A DNA stretch of 64,000 nt. It comes from Chiloscyllium plagiosum (Eukaryota). The stretch lies in contig NW_025215381.1 in the NCBI RefSeq assembly GCF_004010195.1, positions 937,909-1,001,908 on the forward strand, written 5' to 3'. Numbering within the stretch: position 1 is the stretch's first letter; each line of letters begins with the position of its first letter. The translations under genes were made by a program, and so were the position numbers. A model generated the notes under the pieces. That model searched no databases. It saw only the letters and a program-made list of their open reading frames with translations, and was not told where the DNA came from. Shown here in pieces: positions 25,601 through 40,600 of the stretch.

Positions 25601-28600
25601 CTCTCACATTTTCCAAGTATTTTTTAATAATTGTAAATACTCAACTGCTGTATGTCAATAATGTGACAACAATGGATGATTGAGCAGAGAATGGTAGGTG
25701 TGTGAAATTACTATTTGATGAATCTGGTGAGTCTGTCTGTCTATCATTGATCGATCCTGCATCAGTCTGATTGGGCTTCATGTGTGATTGGTCAATCCAG
25801 CATCAGCTGATTGGGCTTTGTGTGTGCTTGATCAATCCAGCATCAGTTTGATGGGGGAGATGTGTGCCTGTCTCCGTGGATTGTTGACACAGGGGTGAAT
25901 CTCCCTGGGAGCTGGTGACCTGTCGGAGTACTTGTCTCTGGGGGTTGGTGATGTTGGGGCCTGTGTCTGGGGTTGATATCATTAGTGTTTGTGCATGGGG
26001 TGGGACCATCAGAGGGCGGGGTGTCTGTGTCTGATTTCTATTATTTTGTTTCCCTGCCCAGATCTGCCACCTCTGCCCGATGAGCCTTTGGATGGCAACA
26101 ACCAGGTCTCTCCCTGCAGCCTCTTTTCACTGACCCCCAGCAATGACCTCCGCTTCCATCATCTCCATGGCAACAATGCTGTGATCACTAATGGTGGCCG
26201 CACTGCTTTTCGGCAGAACTGCCGCAGCGAGTTCAATGATGCCATTGTCATGTCTAACAGGTAAAGCTGCAAACCGCAAAACACAGCCCCAGACAGAGGA
26301 ATTTACAATAATAACTATCTGTCTAGCACCTACAGTATAATAGGTGTTTCTGAAGAGAAATGCCTGACACCAAAGCTCAGATTGAGACATCCGGGAAGTC
26401 AAGGCAAGAGCTTGGTTTAAAAGAAATTGTTAGTGTTTGAAGGAGGCATGATTTGGAGATGCCGGTGTTGGGTGGGGTGTACAAAGTTAAAAATCACATA
26501 ACACCAGGTTATAGTCAAACAGTTTTATTTGGAAGCACTAGCTTTCGGAGCACTGATCCTTCATCAGGTCCTTCATCAGTGCTCCGAAAGCTAGTGCTTC
26601 CAAATAAACCTGTTGGACTATAACCTGGTGTTGTGTGATTTTTAACAGTGAAGGAAGCAGATTTAGAAAGAAAATTCTTCAGCTTCAAACCTTGAGAACA
26701 CAAGAGTGTAGAGGTCTCGAAGTGTGAGGCTGGAGGAGGTACAGAGATAGGGAGAAGTATAGGGGTTCAAGAAGGCTAAGGAGATGGGGTGACAATAATA
26801 GGGAGGTGTGTGGAAGCTGCAGGAGATTATAGCATCAAAGAAGTCTACAGCACTGAAAAAGGCCCTTCAGCCCATCATGTCTGCGTTGGTCCAAAACAAT
26901 CATCTAACTATTCTAGTGACCATTTCCCAGCACTTGGTCCATCATCTTGTTTGTCTTGATATCACAAGCGCATGTCCAAATACCTCTTAAATGTGATGAG
27001 GGCTTTTGCTTCTACCACTCTTACAGGCAGTAGGTTCCATATTCCCAGCACCCTCTGGGTGAAAAAAAGTCTTTCCTCACATCTTCTCGAAACCTTCTGC
27101 CTCTTTAATCTGTGCCCCCCCCCCCACCCCTGACAAACCCGGTTCTCCATCAAGGAGAAAAGTTTCTTCCTATCCATTCTATCTATACCTCTCAAAGGTT
27201 TTACATTCCAATTACCTGGCTTCTCAATTTCCTCTGCTCAAAGAAAACCTATCCCAGCCTGTCCAATCTGTCATCATATCTGAAGCTCTCCAGCCCAGGC
27301 AACATCTCTACACACAGTAGCTGTGGCCTAACCAATGTTTTACACAGTGCCAGCATAACCTCCCTACTCTTAAACTCTGTGCCTCAGCTAATAAATGACT
27401 TAGAGGTGCTGGTGTTGGACTGAGGTGGACAAAGTTAAAATCACACAGCACAAGAGGAAGAAACAGCACTTCGAAAGCTAGTGCTTCCAAATAAATCTGT
27501 TGGACTATAACCTGGGGTGTTGTGTGATTTTTAACTTTGCCAGCTAATAAAGACTAATATACCGTATGGGGGCGTTGTATTTTTGACAAAGGAGGCAGAT
27601 ACTACAGACATGAGGGAGGATGTCTGAGCATGTTCTTCAAATGAGGCCAACTAGGTAGAGCATAGAAATAAAAAAGGATTGCTCACTTTGCTGAGATTAT
27701 ATTAAAGACCTCCCAAAAGAGGGAGGTAGAGGAGCAAAATGTAGACAAATGACAGAGGTGCAAGAGCAGTAGGGTCTTCAGGGGATTCTATTCGGGGATT
27801 TCAACATTGCTAACATGAGCTGGATCTGCCTTAATGTGAAAGGATTAGATGGGGTGGAATTTTTCAAATGCATCCAGGGGAAGTTTTGTGCCAGTGTATC
27901 GCAGTACTGAACCTCATCGTAGGGAATGAATTCACTCAAGTAGTTGAAGTCTCAGTGGGCATTTTTAAGATAGTTACCATAAAGTTTCAAAGTCATCATG
28001 GAAAGGGATAAGGATAGTGCAGAAGTTGAGTCTAAATTAGGGAAAATCCAATTTCAATATCATTAAACAGGATCTGGCAAAGATAAACTGGACGCAGCGA
28101 CTTACACGTAAATCTATATTTGAAAAGTTGCAGTCTTTTAAAAGTAATATAGGGAGAGTTAAGGATCAGCGTGTTCCTCTAAGAGTGAAGGGAAAGGCAG
28201 CAAGTCCAGGGAATCCGAGGCATCCAGGGATATTGGAAGTTTAATAAAGATAAAGAAGGACACACATTTTAGTTATACAGCATTACAAACTGTGGAAGCC
28301 CTACAGAAGTATAGAGAGTGGTGAGTGGGTGTGCTTAAAAAGAAACTAGGAGGGCAAAGAGGGGCCACAAATTATCTTTTGCTGGTAGGATTGCGAAAAA
28401 CCCCAAAGCATTTTATAAATATATTAAGACCACAAGAATTACTAGAGGAAGAGTGAGGCCTGTTGGAGACCAAAGGGACAATCTGTGCATGGAGCTAGAG
28501 GATGAGGCTTAAATTAATATTTCTCGTCTGTATTCACAAAGAGGAAAGACATTGTAGCTGGAGATTTCATTTGGGATGGTGAGGTTCAAGAGCATGTTAA

Positions 28601-31600
28601 CATTAGTAAGGATGTATGCCTGTTTTAACAGGCATAAAAGTGCATAAATCCCCAGAGCCTTGTATGTATTCCAGGCTGGTTTGGGAGGAGATTGCTGAGA
28701 AATTTAATACTTGGTTGGCCAAAGCTGAAGTGTCAGATGACTGGAGGACAGCTAATGTTGTTCCTTTGTTCAAGTTGGGCAGCAGTGATAGGTCAGGTAA
28801 TTACAGACCTGTTAGTCTGACATTAGTGGGAGGGAGATTCTTGGGAAAAAAATTCTGAGGGACAGGATTAATCAACTCTTAGAAAGACAGGGATTGATCA
28901 GAAATAGTCAGCACAGATCTGTTGGAGGAAAGTCCTATTTAACTAATTAGGATTTTGAATATTTGGTTTAATATATTGATAAGGGTAGTGTAGTTACATG
29001 ATGAGGCCTTTAACAAGGTTCTACGTGGAAGGCTGGTCCAAAACGCAAGGGCCCATGGGATCCAAGGCAAGTTGGAAAACTGGATCCAAAATAGGCAGCT
29101 AAGGGTGATAGTGGAGGATCGTTTTGGTGACTGGAAGTCTGTAATCAACGGTGTACTACATGGATCCATGTTGAAATGCTACTTGTTTGTCATGTACATT
29201 AATGACATGGATGTGAATGTAGATGGTGTAATTATTAATTTTGCAGATGGCACCTAAATTGGTGTTGATAGTGAGGAGAATGATCTCGGATCACAGTCTG
29301 ATATTATCAGCTGGTTAATGGGGCAGAGTAGTGACAGATGGAATTTAATCCTGATAAGTCTGAGTGCATTTTTAGAGATCTAATAATGGAAGGATTCACA
29401 CCATGAAATAGATATCTGAAGGTGTCAGCACAGGTAGATAGGACGGTGAAGAAGGCATACAGGATGCTGTACTTCATTGACCAGGTCCCAGAATATCAGC
29501 GCAAGGAAGTCTTGTTATAAAACATTGGTTAGGCCACAGATGATACTGAGTGTGGCAATCAGAACTGCACAATTGGAAGGGCATGAGTGCAGAGGAGATT
29601 CAGCAGGATTGTTGCCTGGGATGAAAACTGTTGTGAAGGGAGACTGGGTAGGCTGAGTTTGTTTCTCCTGGAGCAGAGTCATCTGAGGAGGGGTCGGTTT
29701 TTGGAATACAAAATTGAGAGATGTAGATAGTAGAACATGACAATCCTTTTCCCCGTGGCAGATGTGTCTAAGATGAACGGCATACGTTTAAGGTGATGAA
29801 TAAGTGGTTCAGAGGAGATGTGAGGAAAAGGTCTTTTACCCAGAAGGTAATGGAAAAATGGAATGTGCTGATTGGAAAGATAGTGGTGGCAGATGCCCGA
29901 GAAACATTTAAGAAGCAGCTTGATGATCATTAAAATGCCAGGGCATGGTATGGACCAAGTGCGGGTAAGTGGGGTAAGTATTTGTAAATCGTCATCATCA
30001 TGGTGAGCCAAAGGTGTTTCTATGCTGTATGGCTCTACAACATAGATGCCTTTTATCGAGTCATAAAGTCATACAGCGTTTCAACAAACCCTTTGGTCCA
30101 ACCAGTCTATGCCAACCATAATCCCAATTTAAGTTAGTCCCACCTCCCTACGCTTGGCCTCTACCCCGTCAAACATGTCTTGTTCATGCACTTATCCAAA
30201 TATCTTTTAAACATTGTAACCGTAGCCGCATCGGCCACTTCCTCTAAGATTAGATTAGATTGGATTCCCTACAGTGTGGAAAATGGCCCTTCGGCCCAAC
30301 AAGTCCACCGACCCTCCGAAGAGTAACCCATCCCACTTCTGACTAATGCACCTAACAACTATGGACAATTTAGCATGGCCAGTTCACCTGACCTGCACAT
30401 CTTTGGAACTTAGGAGGAAAAGGTGAGGACTGCAGATGCTGGGGATCAGAGTTTAAAAATGTATTGCTGGAAAAGCGCAGCAGGTCAGGCAGCATCAAAA
30501 GGAGGAGGAGAATCGACGTTTCGGGCATTAGCCCTTCTTCAGGAATGAGGACGGTGTGCCAAGCAGGCTAAGATAAAAGGTAGGGAGGAGGGACTTGGGG
30601 GAGGGGCATTGGGAATGCGATACCTCCTCATTCCTGAAGAAGGGCTTATGCCCAAAACGTCGATTCTCCTTCTCCTTTGATGCTGCGTGACCAGCTGCAC
30701 TTTTCCAGCAATGCATTTTTAAACTTGGGAGGAAACCAGAGTACCCGGAGGAAACCCACGCAGACACATGGAGAATGTGCAAACTCCACACAGATAGTCG
30801 CCCGAGGCTGGAATCGAACCAGGGACCCTGGTACTGTGAGGCAGCCGTGCTAACCACTGAGCCACAGTGCCAACCATTGGGCACTCTCCATGTTAAAGAG
30901 GTTGCCCTTCCTATCCTCTTAAAATTTCCCCCCCTCACCTGAAAAATATGTCCTTCTTGAAACACCCCCCACCCCCCCCACTCTAGGAAAAAGACACCTG
31001 CCGTTCACCTTATCCATGGCCCTCATTACTTTATAAACCTCTAAGGTCACCTCAACCTCCTCTGCTGAGTGAAACAGGTTCCAGCATCTCATTATAACTC
31101 TAACTTTCCATTCCAGGCAACATCCTGGTAAATCTCTTCTGACCGCTCTCCAACTTCCTGTAACAGGGGAACCAAAACTGAATGCTGTATTCCAGAAAAA
31201 GCCTCACCAGTGTACTGTACAATCTCAACACAATGTCACAACTCCTATACTCTATGAAGGCAAGCGTGCTAAACGCTTTCTTAACCATCCTGTCTATATT
31301 TTTACTGCAAACTTCAAACCCCTACATTCCAAGGCCCTACTTTTAATTGTATAACTCCTGCCCTTGGTTGTTTTTCCAAAATGTAATACCTCATATTTAT
31401 CCAAATTAAACTCAATCTGCCACACTTCAGCCTATTGACCCAATTGGTCAAGATCTCTTCGTAATCTTAGAGTTATAGAGTCATAGAAATGTACAGCATG
31501 GACACATGCCGTTCGATCCAACTCGTTCATGCCAACTGGATATCCTAAATTAATCTCTGCCCATTTGCCAGCACTTGGCCCAGAACCCCTTTTCATATAC

Positions 31601-34600
31601 CTATCCAGATGCCTTTTAAATGCTGTAATTGTACCAGCCTCCACCACTTTCTCTGGCAGCTCTTTCCAGGCATCACCCTCTTTGTGCAAAAGTTGCCCCT
31701 TAGGTCACTTTTAAATCTCTCCCCTCTCATCTTAAACCTATGTCCTCTAGTTCTGGACTACCCCACCCCAGGGAAATGATCTTGTCGATTTACTCTGTCC
31801 ATGCCTATCATAATTTTGTAAACCTCTATAAGGTCACCCCTCAGCCTCCAACACTCCAGAGAAAACAGCCCCAGCCTATTCAACCTCTCCCTAACCTCCT
31901 TCACTGTCCACTGTACCACTAATTATGGTGTCATCTGTCAATTCAACCATGCCTTCTATATTCTCATATTCAATATTCTTTTTACCCACCTTATACTTAA
32001 GGAACTGGTGTGCATTATCTTCAATACTTCCAAGGTCTTACCATTCATCATGTATTCCCTGGCCTTGTTTGTCCTGCCCAAGTGCTTCACCTCGCATCTG
32101 TCTGGATTGAATTCCGTTTGCCACTGACAAGCCAATCTAACCAAGTGTCTATGTCCTCCTGTAATCGAAGGCTATTTACCACCCTACCAGTTTTTGTATC
32201 ACCTATGAACTTACTGATCAACCATCCTACATTCAAATCTAAATTATTTCTATAAACCACAAGGGCCCCAATACTGACCCCTGTTGACCCCACAAGATTT
32301 AGACTTCCATTTGGAAAACACCCCTCAACCATCACCTGTGCTTCCTGCCAGTTGACTACTTGCGGATCCAAATTGCTAAATTTCCTTGGACCCCACGGGG
32401 CTTCAGTGTGAGACCTTATCAAAATCCTTGCTGAATTCCAACTAGACAAAAGTATTGTTATCATCTACGCACCTGGTATCTCTTTGGAAGATTCAGTCAA
32501 GTTTGTCAGTCATGACCTCCCCAGAACAAATTATGCTGACTGCTCATGATGAAGCTCCGCCTGCACAAGTCCAGATTAATTTTGCCCTCAGAATTGCTTC
32601 CAATATTTTCCCCACCATAGTTGTTAGACTGACTAGCCTGTAGTTTCCTGATTTATCCCTTGCTCCCTTTGAGTCAGAGTCACAGAGTCCTACGGCACGG
32701 AGACAGCCCTTTGGCCCAAAATGGTCCGTGCCGACCAAATTGTTCATCCGCGCTAACCCCATTTCCCTGCACTTGGCCCATAACCTTCTAAACCTTTTCT
32801 ATCCTTTGTCCAAATGCCTTTTAAGTCTTGTTAATGTACCTGCCTCAACTACCTCCTCTGGCAGCTCATTCCATATGCGTACGACCCTGTGTGTGAAAAC
32901 ATTGCCCCTCAGGTTCCCTTTTATTCTTTCCCTTTTAACTAATGCCCTCTAGTCCTCAATTCCCCAATCTTGGGAAAAAGACTGAGCGCATTCACCCTTC
33001 CCATGCCTCTGATATCCATACTTCTATCAGATCCCCTCAGTCTCCTACGCTCTAGAGAAAATGTCCTAGCTTGTCCAACCTCTCCCTACAACTCAAAATT
33101 GTTGAGTCCTGGCAACATCCTTGTAAATTTCCTCTGCACTCTTTCCAATTTAATAATGTCTTTCCTACAACACGATCACCAAACGTAAACACCAAACGTA
33201 AAGTGCGGCCTCACCAACATCCTGTACAACTGCAACATAACTTCCCACCTTGTATACCCAATGCCCTGACTGATGAAGACCAGTGTGCCAAAAGCTTCCT
33301 TCCCTGCCCTGTCTACCTGGGACTCCACCTTAGGAGAATTGTGAACCTGAACTCCAAGGTCCCTCTATTCCACTACGTTCCTAAGGCCCTACCATTCACC
33401 ATGAAACTCCTACCTTGATTTGACTTTCCAAAATGCAAGACCTCACACTTATCGATATTAAACTCCATTTCTCGGCCCACTTCCCCAGCTGATCAAGGTC
33501 CTGCTGCAATTCTGATAACCTTCCTCACTGTCCACAATACCGCCGATTTTAGTGTCATCAGCAAACATACTAATCGTGCTTTGTACATTCTCATTCAAAT
33601 CATTATTATAGATAACAAATAGCAATGGACCCAGCACCGACTCCTGAGGCACTCCACTAGTCACAGACCTCCAGCCAACATGTATCCTTCCACTATTACT
33701 CTCTGCTTCCTACCATCAAACCATTTGTGTATCCAATTTGCCAGCTTCCCCTGGATTCCATGCGATCTAACCTTCCGGGACAGCCGACCATGTGGAACCT
33801 TATCAAAGGCATTACTGAAATCATATAGACTACTTCTACTGCTCTACCCTTGTCAATTTTCCTGGTCACTTCATCAGAGGACTCTTAACAAATTCGTAAG
33901 GCGTGATCTCCTTTGCACAAAGCCATGCTGACTACTCCTAATCGAACCCTGTCTTTCCAAATGCATGCATATTCTATCTCTCAATCTTCCCAAGTAACTT
34001 ACCTACCATAGATTACTGGTCTATAGAACATTACAGCACAGTACAGGCCCTTTGGCCCTCAATGTTGCGCCGACTTATAGTTCCCAGGTTTTTCTTTGCA
34101 GCCCTTCTTGAATAAGGCCACAACATTTGTTACCCTCCAGTTTTCCAGGACCTCACCCTTTGCTAACGCTGATGCAAACGTATCAGCCAGAGCCCCTGCA
34201 ATTTCTTTTCTAGCCTGTTGCAGTGTTCTTGGATATATCCAGTCAAAACCAGGAGATTTATCCACCTTCATATATTCTAATGCATCCAACACCACCTCTA
34301 CTATTACAGATATGGACTGTCTCCAAGGCGTCAGCACTAACTTTCCCAAGTTCCCAAGTCTTCATATCTTTCTCCACAGTAAGCACAGAGGAGAAATATT
34401 CATTGAGGACCTCCCCCTCTCCTGTGGCTCAACACGTACATGTCTACTTTGGTCTTTGAGGGGTCCTACTCTCTCTCTAGTTATGTTTTTTCCTTTAATG
34501 TACTGAATGAACCTCTTTGGATTCACTCTAATCTTCTCAGCTAAGGCCCCCTTTGTCCCTCTTTCCTCCTCCTGATTTCCTTCTTCAGTAAACTCCTGTT

Positions 34601-37600
34601 GCCCCCTGTTTTCCCCCCTTTGAACCCAGCTGCCTGTCCCTGAGCCATGCCTCCTTTTTCTGGACAAAGCCTCAATATCTCTTGTCATCCATGGTTCCCT
34701 ATTCCTGTCAACACCCACTTTCACCCTCACAAGAACATATGGACTTTTGCACTTTAGCTATCTCACTTTTTTAAAGGTCTCCCACTTGCCGGAGGTCCCT
34801 TTGCCTGTAAACAAAATATTCCAATCAACTTCTGCAAGCTCCTGTCTAATTCCATCAAACTTCGCCTTGCCCCAGTTTAGCACTTGAACATGTAGACCAG
34901 TTTGGTCACTCTTCATCACTGTTTAAAAATTAATAGAGCCATGGTCACTGGTCCCAAAGTGCTCCCCCACTGTCACCTCTGTCAGTTGTGCTGCCCTGTT
35001 TCCCAAGAGTAGATCAAGTTTTGCCCCTTCCCGAGCAGGACTTCTATATGCTGGTTGAGGAAACCTTCCTGAATGAACTTAACAAATTCCACCCCATCTC
35101 AGCCTATTGCAGTCCTAGTCTAGTTAAGAAAATTAAAACCCCTACTAAGACAACCCTATTGTTCCTGCAAGTCTCCCCAATCTCCCTGCATATTTGTTCC
35201 TCTAATTCCCGTTGACTATTTGAGGACCTATAGTACAACCCCAATAACATCGCCATCCCCTCCTTATTTCTTAGCTCCACCCACAAAGCCTTGCTGCATG
35301 ATTCTTCAGTTATTTCCTCTCTGATTATTGCCGTGATACTCATCTTAATCAAAAATGTAACTCCCCCTCTCTTCCTTCCACCACCCCTGTCCTGCCCAAA
35401 GCACCTGTACCCTGGCACGTTATGCTGCCAGTCCTGTCCCTCCCTTAGCCATGTTTTTGTAATGGCTATGAAATCCCTGTCCCACGCCCTGAATTCATCA
35501 GCCCAACCTGTCAGCCCTCTTGCATTGAAATAGATACAATTTAGTCCAACAGGCATTGCTTGCTCCCTGTGGTGTTCCAACCTGACCTGCCTCTTCATTT
35601 TACTATTTCTGATTACTGTCTCCCCTTCCCGACTCGCACTTGCCTCCCTACTGTTGAGGATCCCACCTCCCTGCCAGTCTAGTTTAAACCTTCCTGTGTT
35701 GAACTGGCAAACTTGGCCGCCAAGGTATTGGTCCTCTTTCCAGTTCAGATGCTACCCGTCCCTCTTGAGGTCACCTCTGCTCCAGAAAAGATCCCAATGA
35801 TCTAAAAATCTGAATCCCTGCCTTAGCCATGCTTTCACCTGCCATACCCTCCTGTTCATACCCTAACTAGCAAATGGCTCTGGAAATTAGCAGCGTCGAG
35901 GTACTGGTTTTAACTTTTTTTCCCTCGTGCTCTGTAATCACTCTGCAGGACCTCCTCCCTATTTCTACCTGTGTCATTTGTGCCAAAGTGTACAATGATT
36001 TCTGCCTGCTCACCCTCCCCTTCGAGAATGTTCTGCAGCCGCTCCAAGACATCATGGACCCTGGAACCCAGGAAGCGACACACCATCCTGGATTCCCATT
36101 TGTGGGCACAGAATCTCTTGTCTGTCCCCCTAACTATTGAATCTCCTATCACTAGGGTCCCTGTTTACCTTTACCCTTTCCCACTGTGCCCCGGAGTCAA
36201 TCGTAGTACCACCAACCTGGCTACTGCTACCTTCCCCTAATGGTCATTCCCACCTCCTCTTTCTCTCTCCCCCCCCCCCCCCCCCCCCCCCCACAAACAG
36301 CATCCAAAACAGTGTACTTGCTTTCGAGAGGAGTGACCACGGGGGATTCCTGCATACTCTGCCTACTCCTTTTGCCTTTCCTCGTGGTCACCCATTTATT
36401 CTCTGCCTGCATTTAGGTGTGACCACCTCACTAAATCTCTGATCTGTGAAGTGCTTGGCATCTCTGATGATCTTCAGTGCATCCAGCTCCAACTCCTTAA
36501 CACGGTCGCCTTGAATAACAGTACTCCATTGGCTGTCCTCCGATCATCTGCCACTTCTCCTGTGGTCAGAGAGGAATCGAAAATGTTTGCAAGTGCCCCT
36601 GGTATTCCCTCCCTTGCTTCACTCAACAACCTTGGATGTATTTTATCTGGCCCTAGAGGCATATCTACTTTTACGCCTGTCAGACCACTCAATCTCCTCA
36701 CTGCATATGTAGATTTTATTAATGGTATCACAGACCTTTTCCTTGATTTCTGTACTGAGATATTCCCTATCACACCAAGCCATGATATTCATTGAGAACC
36801 CTACCGACACTATCTGACTCCATGCACAAATTACTGCCAGTTACCAAAATTACAGAGACAGGGAGGAGTTTGGGATAGAAAGAGGTGACAGGGTTAGAGA
36901 GAGATGAGTCTGTGCAGTACTTTGATAACCAGGACGAGATTTGTGTAACCAAGAGACATTGTAAGGGAACAGAGCAAATTCGATTGCTGAACAAGGCCGG
37001 TTACAAATTTGGGCACGGACGGCAGAAGTTAGGTAGCCGTATTTGCTGATTCTTGGATCATGGGGTGGCTGGTCAGTGGTGTTTTCATTCAAGGTCAAGT
37101 AAATCATACGACAGACCTGCAAGCTGGAAAAAAGTGAGCCAGTCCATCAAATACCCACAGCATTCCTATCTGGAGTTTAATGACTCAACACAATTCTACC
37201 ACCCTACCATCATTCCACAATTCTCCCCACATGCCTCCTCCCCAAAAAGCCAAATAATGTCTTTTCAGGTAATTGATTAAGTGCAGGAAAGTATTCCGAT
37301 TCCATGCTGAGAGTGTAGCACTCTCACTGGGGTGAGACCGTCATCAGTTCAAATTCCACTTCAGAGATCTTAGCTCCAGAGTGGGGGGACAATATCTCAG
37401 CCTGTATTTATTCCTCAAATTAACATTGACGTGTATAACAGGTTATGTGACTTATTCTGACATTGCTAGATTATTGGATCTTACTGTGTGTGCCAAGAAA
37501 ACAATGACTGCAAGTCAGAGGAACATTATTGGCTGCATTGGGAAGCATTGGAGAAAAGTGGTTTTCATTGTTTAATGTGATGTGAACTCTGATCCAGTCA

Positions 37601-40600
37601 TGAACTGGACCTGCTGTACCTTGGAAGAGTGCAGCATGTGAGCAGTTGCCGTAGCAGAGATTCGCTCTCATAGGCATTGCATTGCCCATTTTATATTGTA
37701 GCATCCCTTCCCTCTTGTGACCTTCATAACATTACTAAAAAAGGCAGGTTTTGTTGGGTTTTTTTTGTCTTTCTCTAATCCTCACCTCATAAGAATCTCA
37801 AACAAGATTTATATAGTGTGAGATGAGAGTTCACTGGAAATGTAGTTTTCTTTTTCTCTGCTGTTTTGAATTGTGTTGATGAGTGCGAAATGAAAAGCTT
37901 TGATAAAATTTATTTTTTCAGCAATATACAGGTTCTGTGCTGCCTATCTATTCCTAATATTTCTCAGTCTTTCCATCCACTACTCTGCCAATCAGGTTAC
38001 GAATGCCCAATTGCTTTGACTCTGATGTGGTGTCATGTGTTGAATTGGGGTCAAGAGACAATGTCGGGAGACATGGCATTATGGCGTTGAGAGGCGTGGG
38101 GTTTGGAAAAGATGTCGGGAGATGTGGGCATTGGGGACAACATTGAGAGGCATGGGGTCAGGGAGTGACATTGGGTGGCGTGGGTGTGTGGTGAGGGTTC
38201 GCTGTCAACATAAGATGTGGGCTCAGGTCATTGTGAAGAGGTTTAGATTAGATTACATTACAGTGTGGAAACAGGCCCTTCAGCCCAACAAGTCCACACC
38301 GACCCGCCGAAGCGCAACCCACCCATACCCCTAACCTAACACTACGGGAAATTTATTATGGCCAATTCACCTGACCCTGCACATCTTTGGACTGTGGGAG
38401 GAAACCGGAGCACCCGGAGGAAACCCACGCAGACATGGGGAGAACGTGCAAACTCCACACAGTCAGTCGCCTTAGGCGGGAATTGAACCCGGGTCTCTGG
38501 TGCTGTGAGGCAGCAGTGCTAACCACTGTGCCACCGTGCCGCCCAGGTGTGAGGTCAAGGACCCTGGAACTGGGAGGTCAGAGCCTATCATGCCTCCATT
38601 ATAACAAGAACTAGGCTTCAAATATAAAAAGTGTGAAGCACTTTGAAACATCCTTGGGCCTTGAAAGGTGCTATGGAAATGCAAGTCTGTTTGCTATTCC
38701 TCTGTCAGAATTTTGAGCCTGATAAATGAAGGTACGTATTCAGTACCAAACTGAAAAAGAGTAATCTTGATTTTATCAAAGGCTTTAAGTTCCTGGAGTC
38801 ATTCAGGAACAAATGAAAGATTCTGGTACAGTTTCCTTGAATGAAGGTCCAGTGATTCCTTGGATAAGGGACTTTTCTTGCCAGGAGATTCTGAATAGAA
38901 TCGAATATGCCGATGTTCTTGGGGGATCTTATTAGTTGGAGGGTCAGGTTTGAGGGCAAGACATGCCTTCTTCTTGCTTCTATTTGTGAAGTTATCAGTT
39001 GCTTTCTTTAAAAAAAAATACTTTCAACAACTAGCTTGTTGATTTACTTTTCAGAGCATTGAGAGAAGGAGAGATGTTTGAAATATTGATTCAGAAAATG
39101 GTAGACCGGTGGTCTGGATCCATCGAGGCAGGTGAGTAACAAAATAGGTGACTTCCCGATAGAGTGAGAGGTGAGCTGAGGCTCACACCAGAAGGGGGGC
39201 TGCAATCGCCCAGTCCCTGCTGGAAAGTCTATACCTGTGACGATGATCAATCTTGAGACTGGCCCAGGCGGCCACTGGTCAAGAAACAGTTTGTAGCCAC
39301 CATGCTGGTTTTCACAGAGGTCTGTAGTGGGGTCATTCAAAACGTTTCTGGCATTGATGCCCAGAAATTGGCACCTAAAAGTTAGAGACAGGTATGCATG
39401 CAACTCTGAAATCTGGAAGCTTAGCTACCAACCCCATATCCCGAGCCAAACTTCCATGTTTTACTCTTTGACGTCACCCAAATGCTGCAGCTATGGATTT
39501 CTGTAGCTGACAACTAAAGTGAGCTCCACTGTGAATCATCTCATGGAGAACTGTCTTCCCAAGTACATGATCTGAAGTGTCACTCACATCAACTTTTCCT
39601 GTTCGCCTATGGAATCTAATCCTTTGGACCCAGTTGCACTGTGAGTAAGCTTCACACTGGCCCGTGTGTTTCCCAAGTTGAGATCAACAAAGTGTCACCG
39701 AAGCTGGGAATCTGAAATAAAAACAGAAAATGCAGGAAGCACTCTTAGGATCAGGCAGAGAAACAATTTGCATTTCCTTCAAATCTTTGGGGAGAAGATG
39801 TGATGTCGTGGTAATGTCACTAGGATAGCTATCTCGATTCAAATCCCATCATGGCAGCCGGTCGATCCGTCAATAAATCTGGAACATAAAGTGAATCTCG
39901 GTAATGGTGACCGTATATCGATCACTGATTGTATACCACTCGCAGAAATGTTATGCTGAAGTAGGAGTGTATGGAGATAGCCTAGACCCTAACTCTTTGT
40001 TATTTTTAAAGCAAGTGTGAGGCATGTTCCAGATGCAGTTCGATTAGTCAAACTACTAGGCTTGAAGCAAAACTTATTTATTCATGCACTATAATTAAAA
40101 TATAAGCAAACAAAAGAAGAATTGGAAGAACAACTCTATTGGAAAACTTAGCAATAATAGATAATTTAACTGCTGAACAGCAATTGTTCCAATATAGTAG
40201 CATCCCGTAAACATACCCTTCAGGAAGTCAATTATCTCCCATGAAATTCTCCAGTCCAAGAGGACAGAACATCAAGCGAAAAGTGTGTGCGAGAGAGAGA
40301 GAGAGAGAAAACTGAAGCGTTTTGCTATCGCAGGGAAAGATGTATAACTGTTTCCAAACCCAACAGCCACTGAAAGTTGAACTGAAATGCTGGTTCTGTG
40401 GGAGCTTGGCCCCACCCCTTCATGCTGCTTCTATTGTTCCAACTTGAAAAAAAAATAGCCCAAGGTCTCTCGAGCTGTTGACTTTATTGATTGGGAACAG
40501 ACCATTCTATCTTGACCTCTCTTTGTCAAAAAAAAAGGGCAAAAGACACCTTTTAAAGCCATATTATCATCACAGGAGGAATAGTATCTGAACTGGCTCT

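Larger units (their letters stand above)
30248..30852 (-). mobile_element. tRNA-derived SINE split by a fold-back PLE
   Basis: SINE halves join across the duplication aactt(a/g)ggaggaaa at 30407-30420 and 30722-30735. Confidence 0.85.
30055..32670 (-). mobile_element. Nested CR1 fragments containing a SINE and a PLE
   Basis: Several CR1 tails and RT motifs ([26 protein letters not shown]). Confidence 0.8.
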
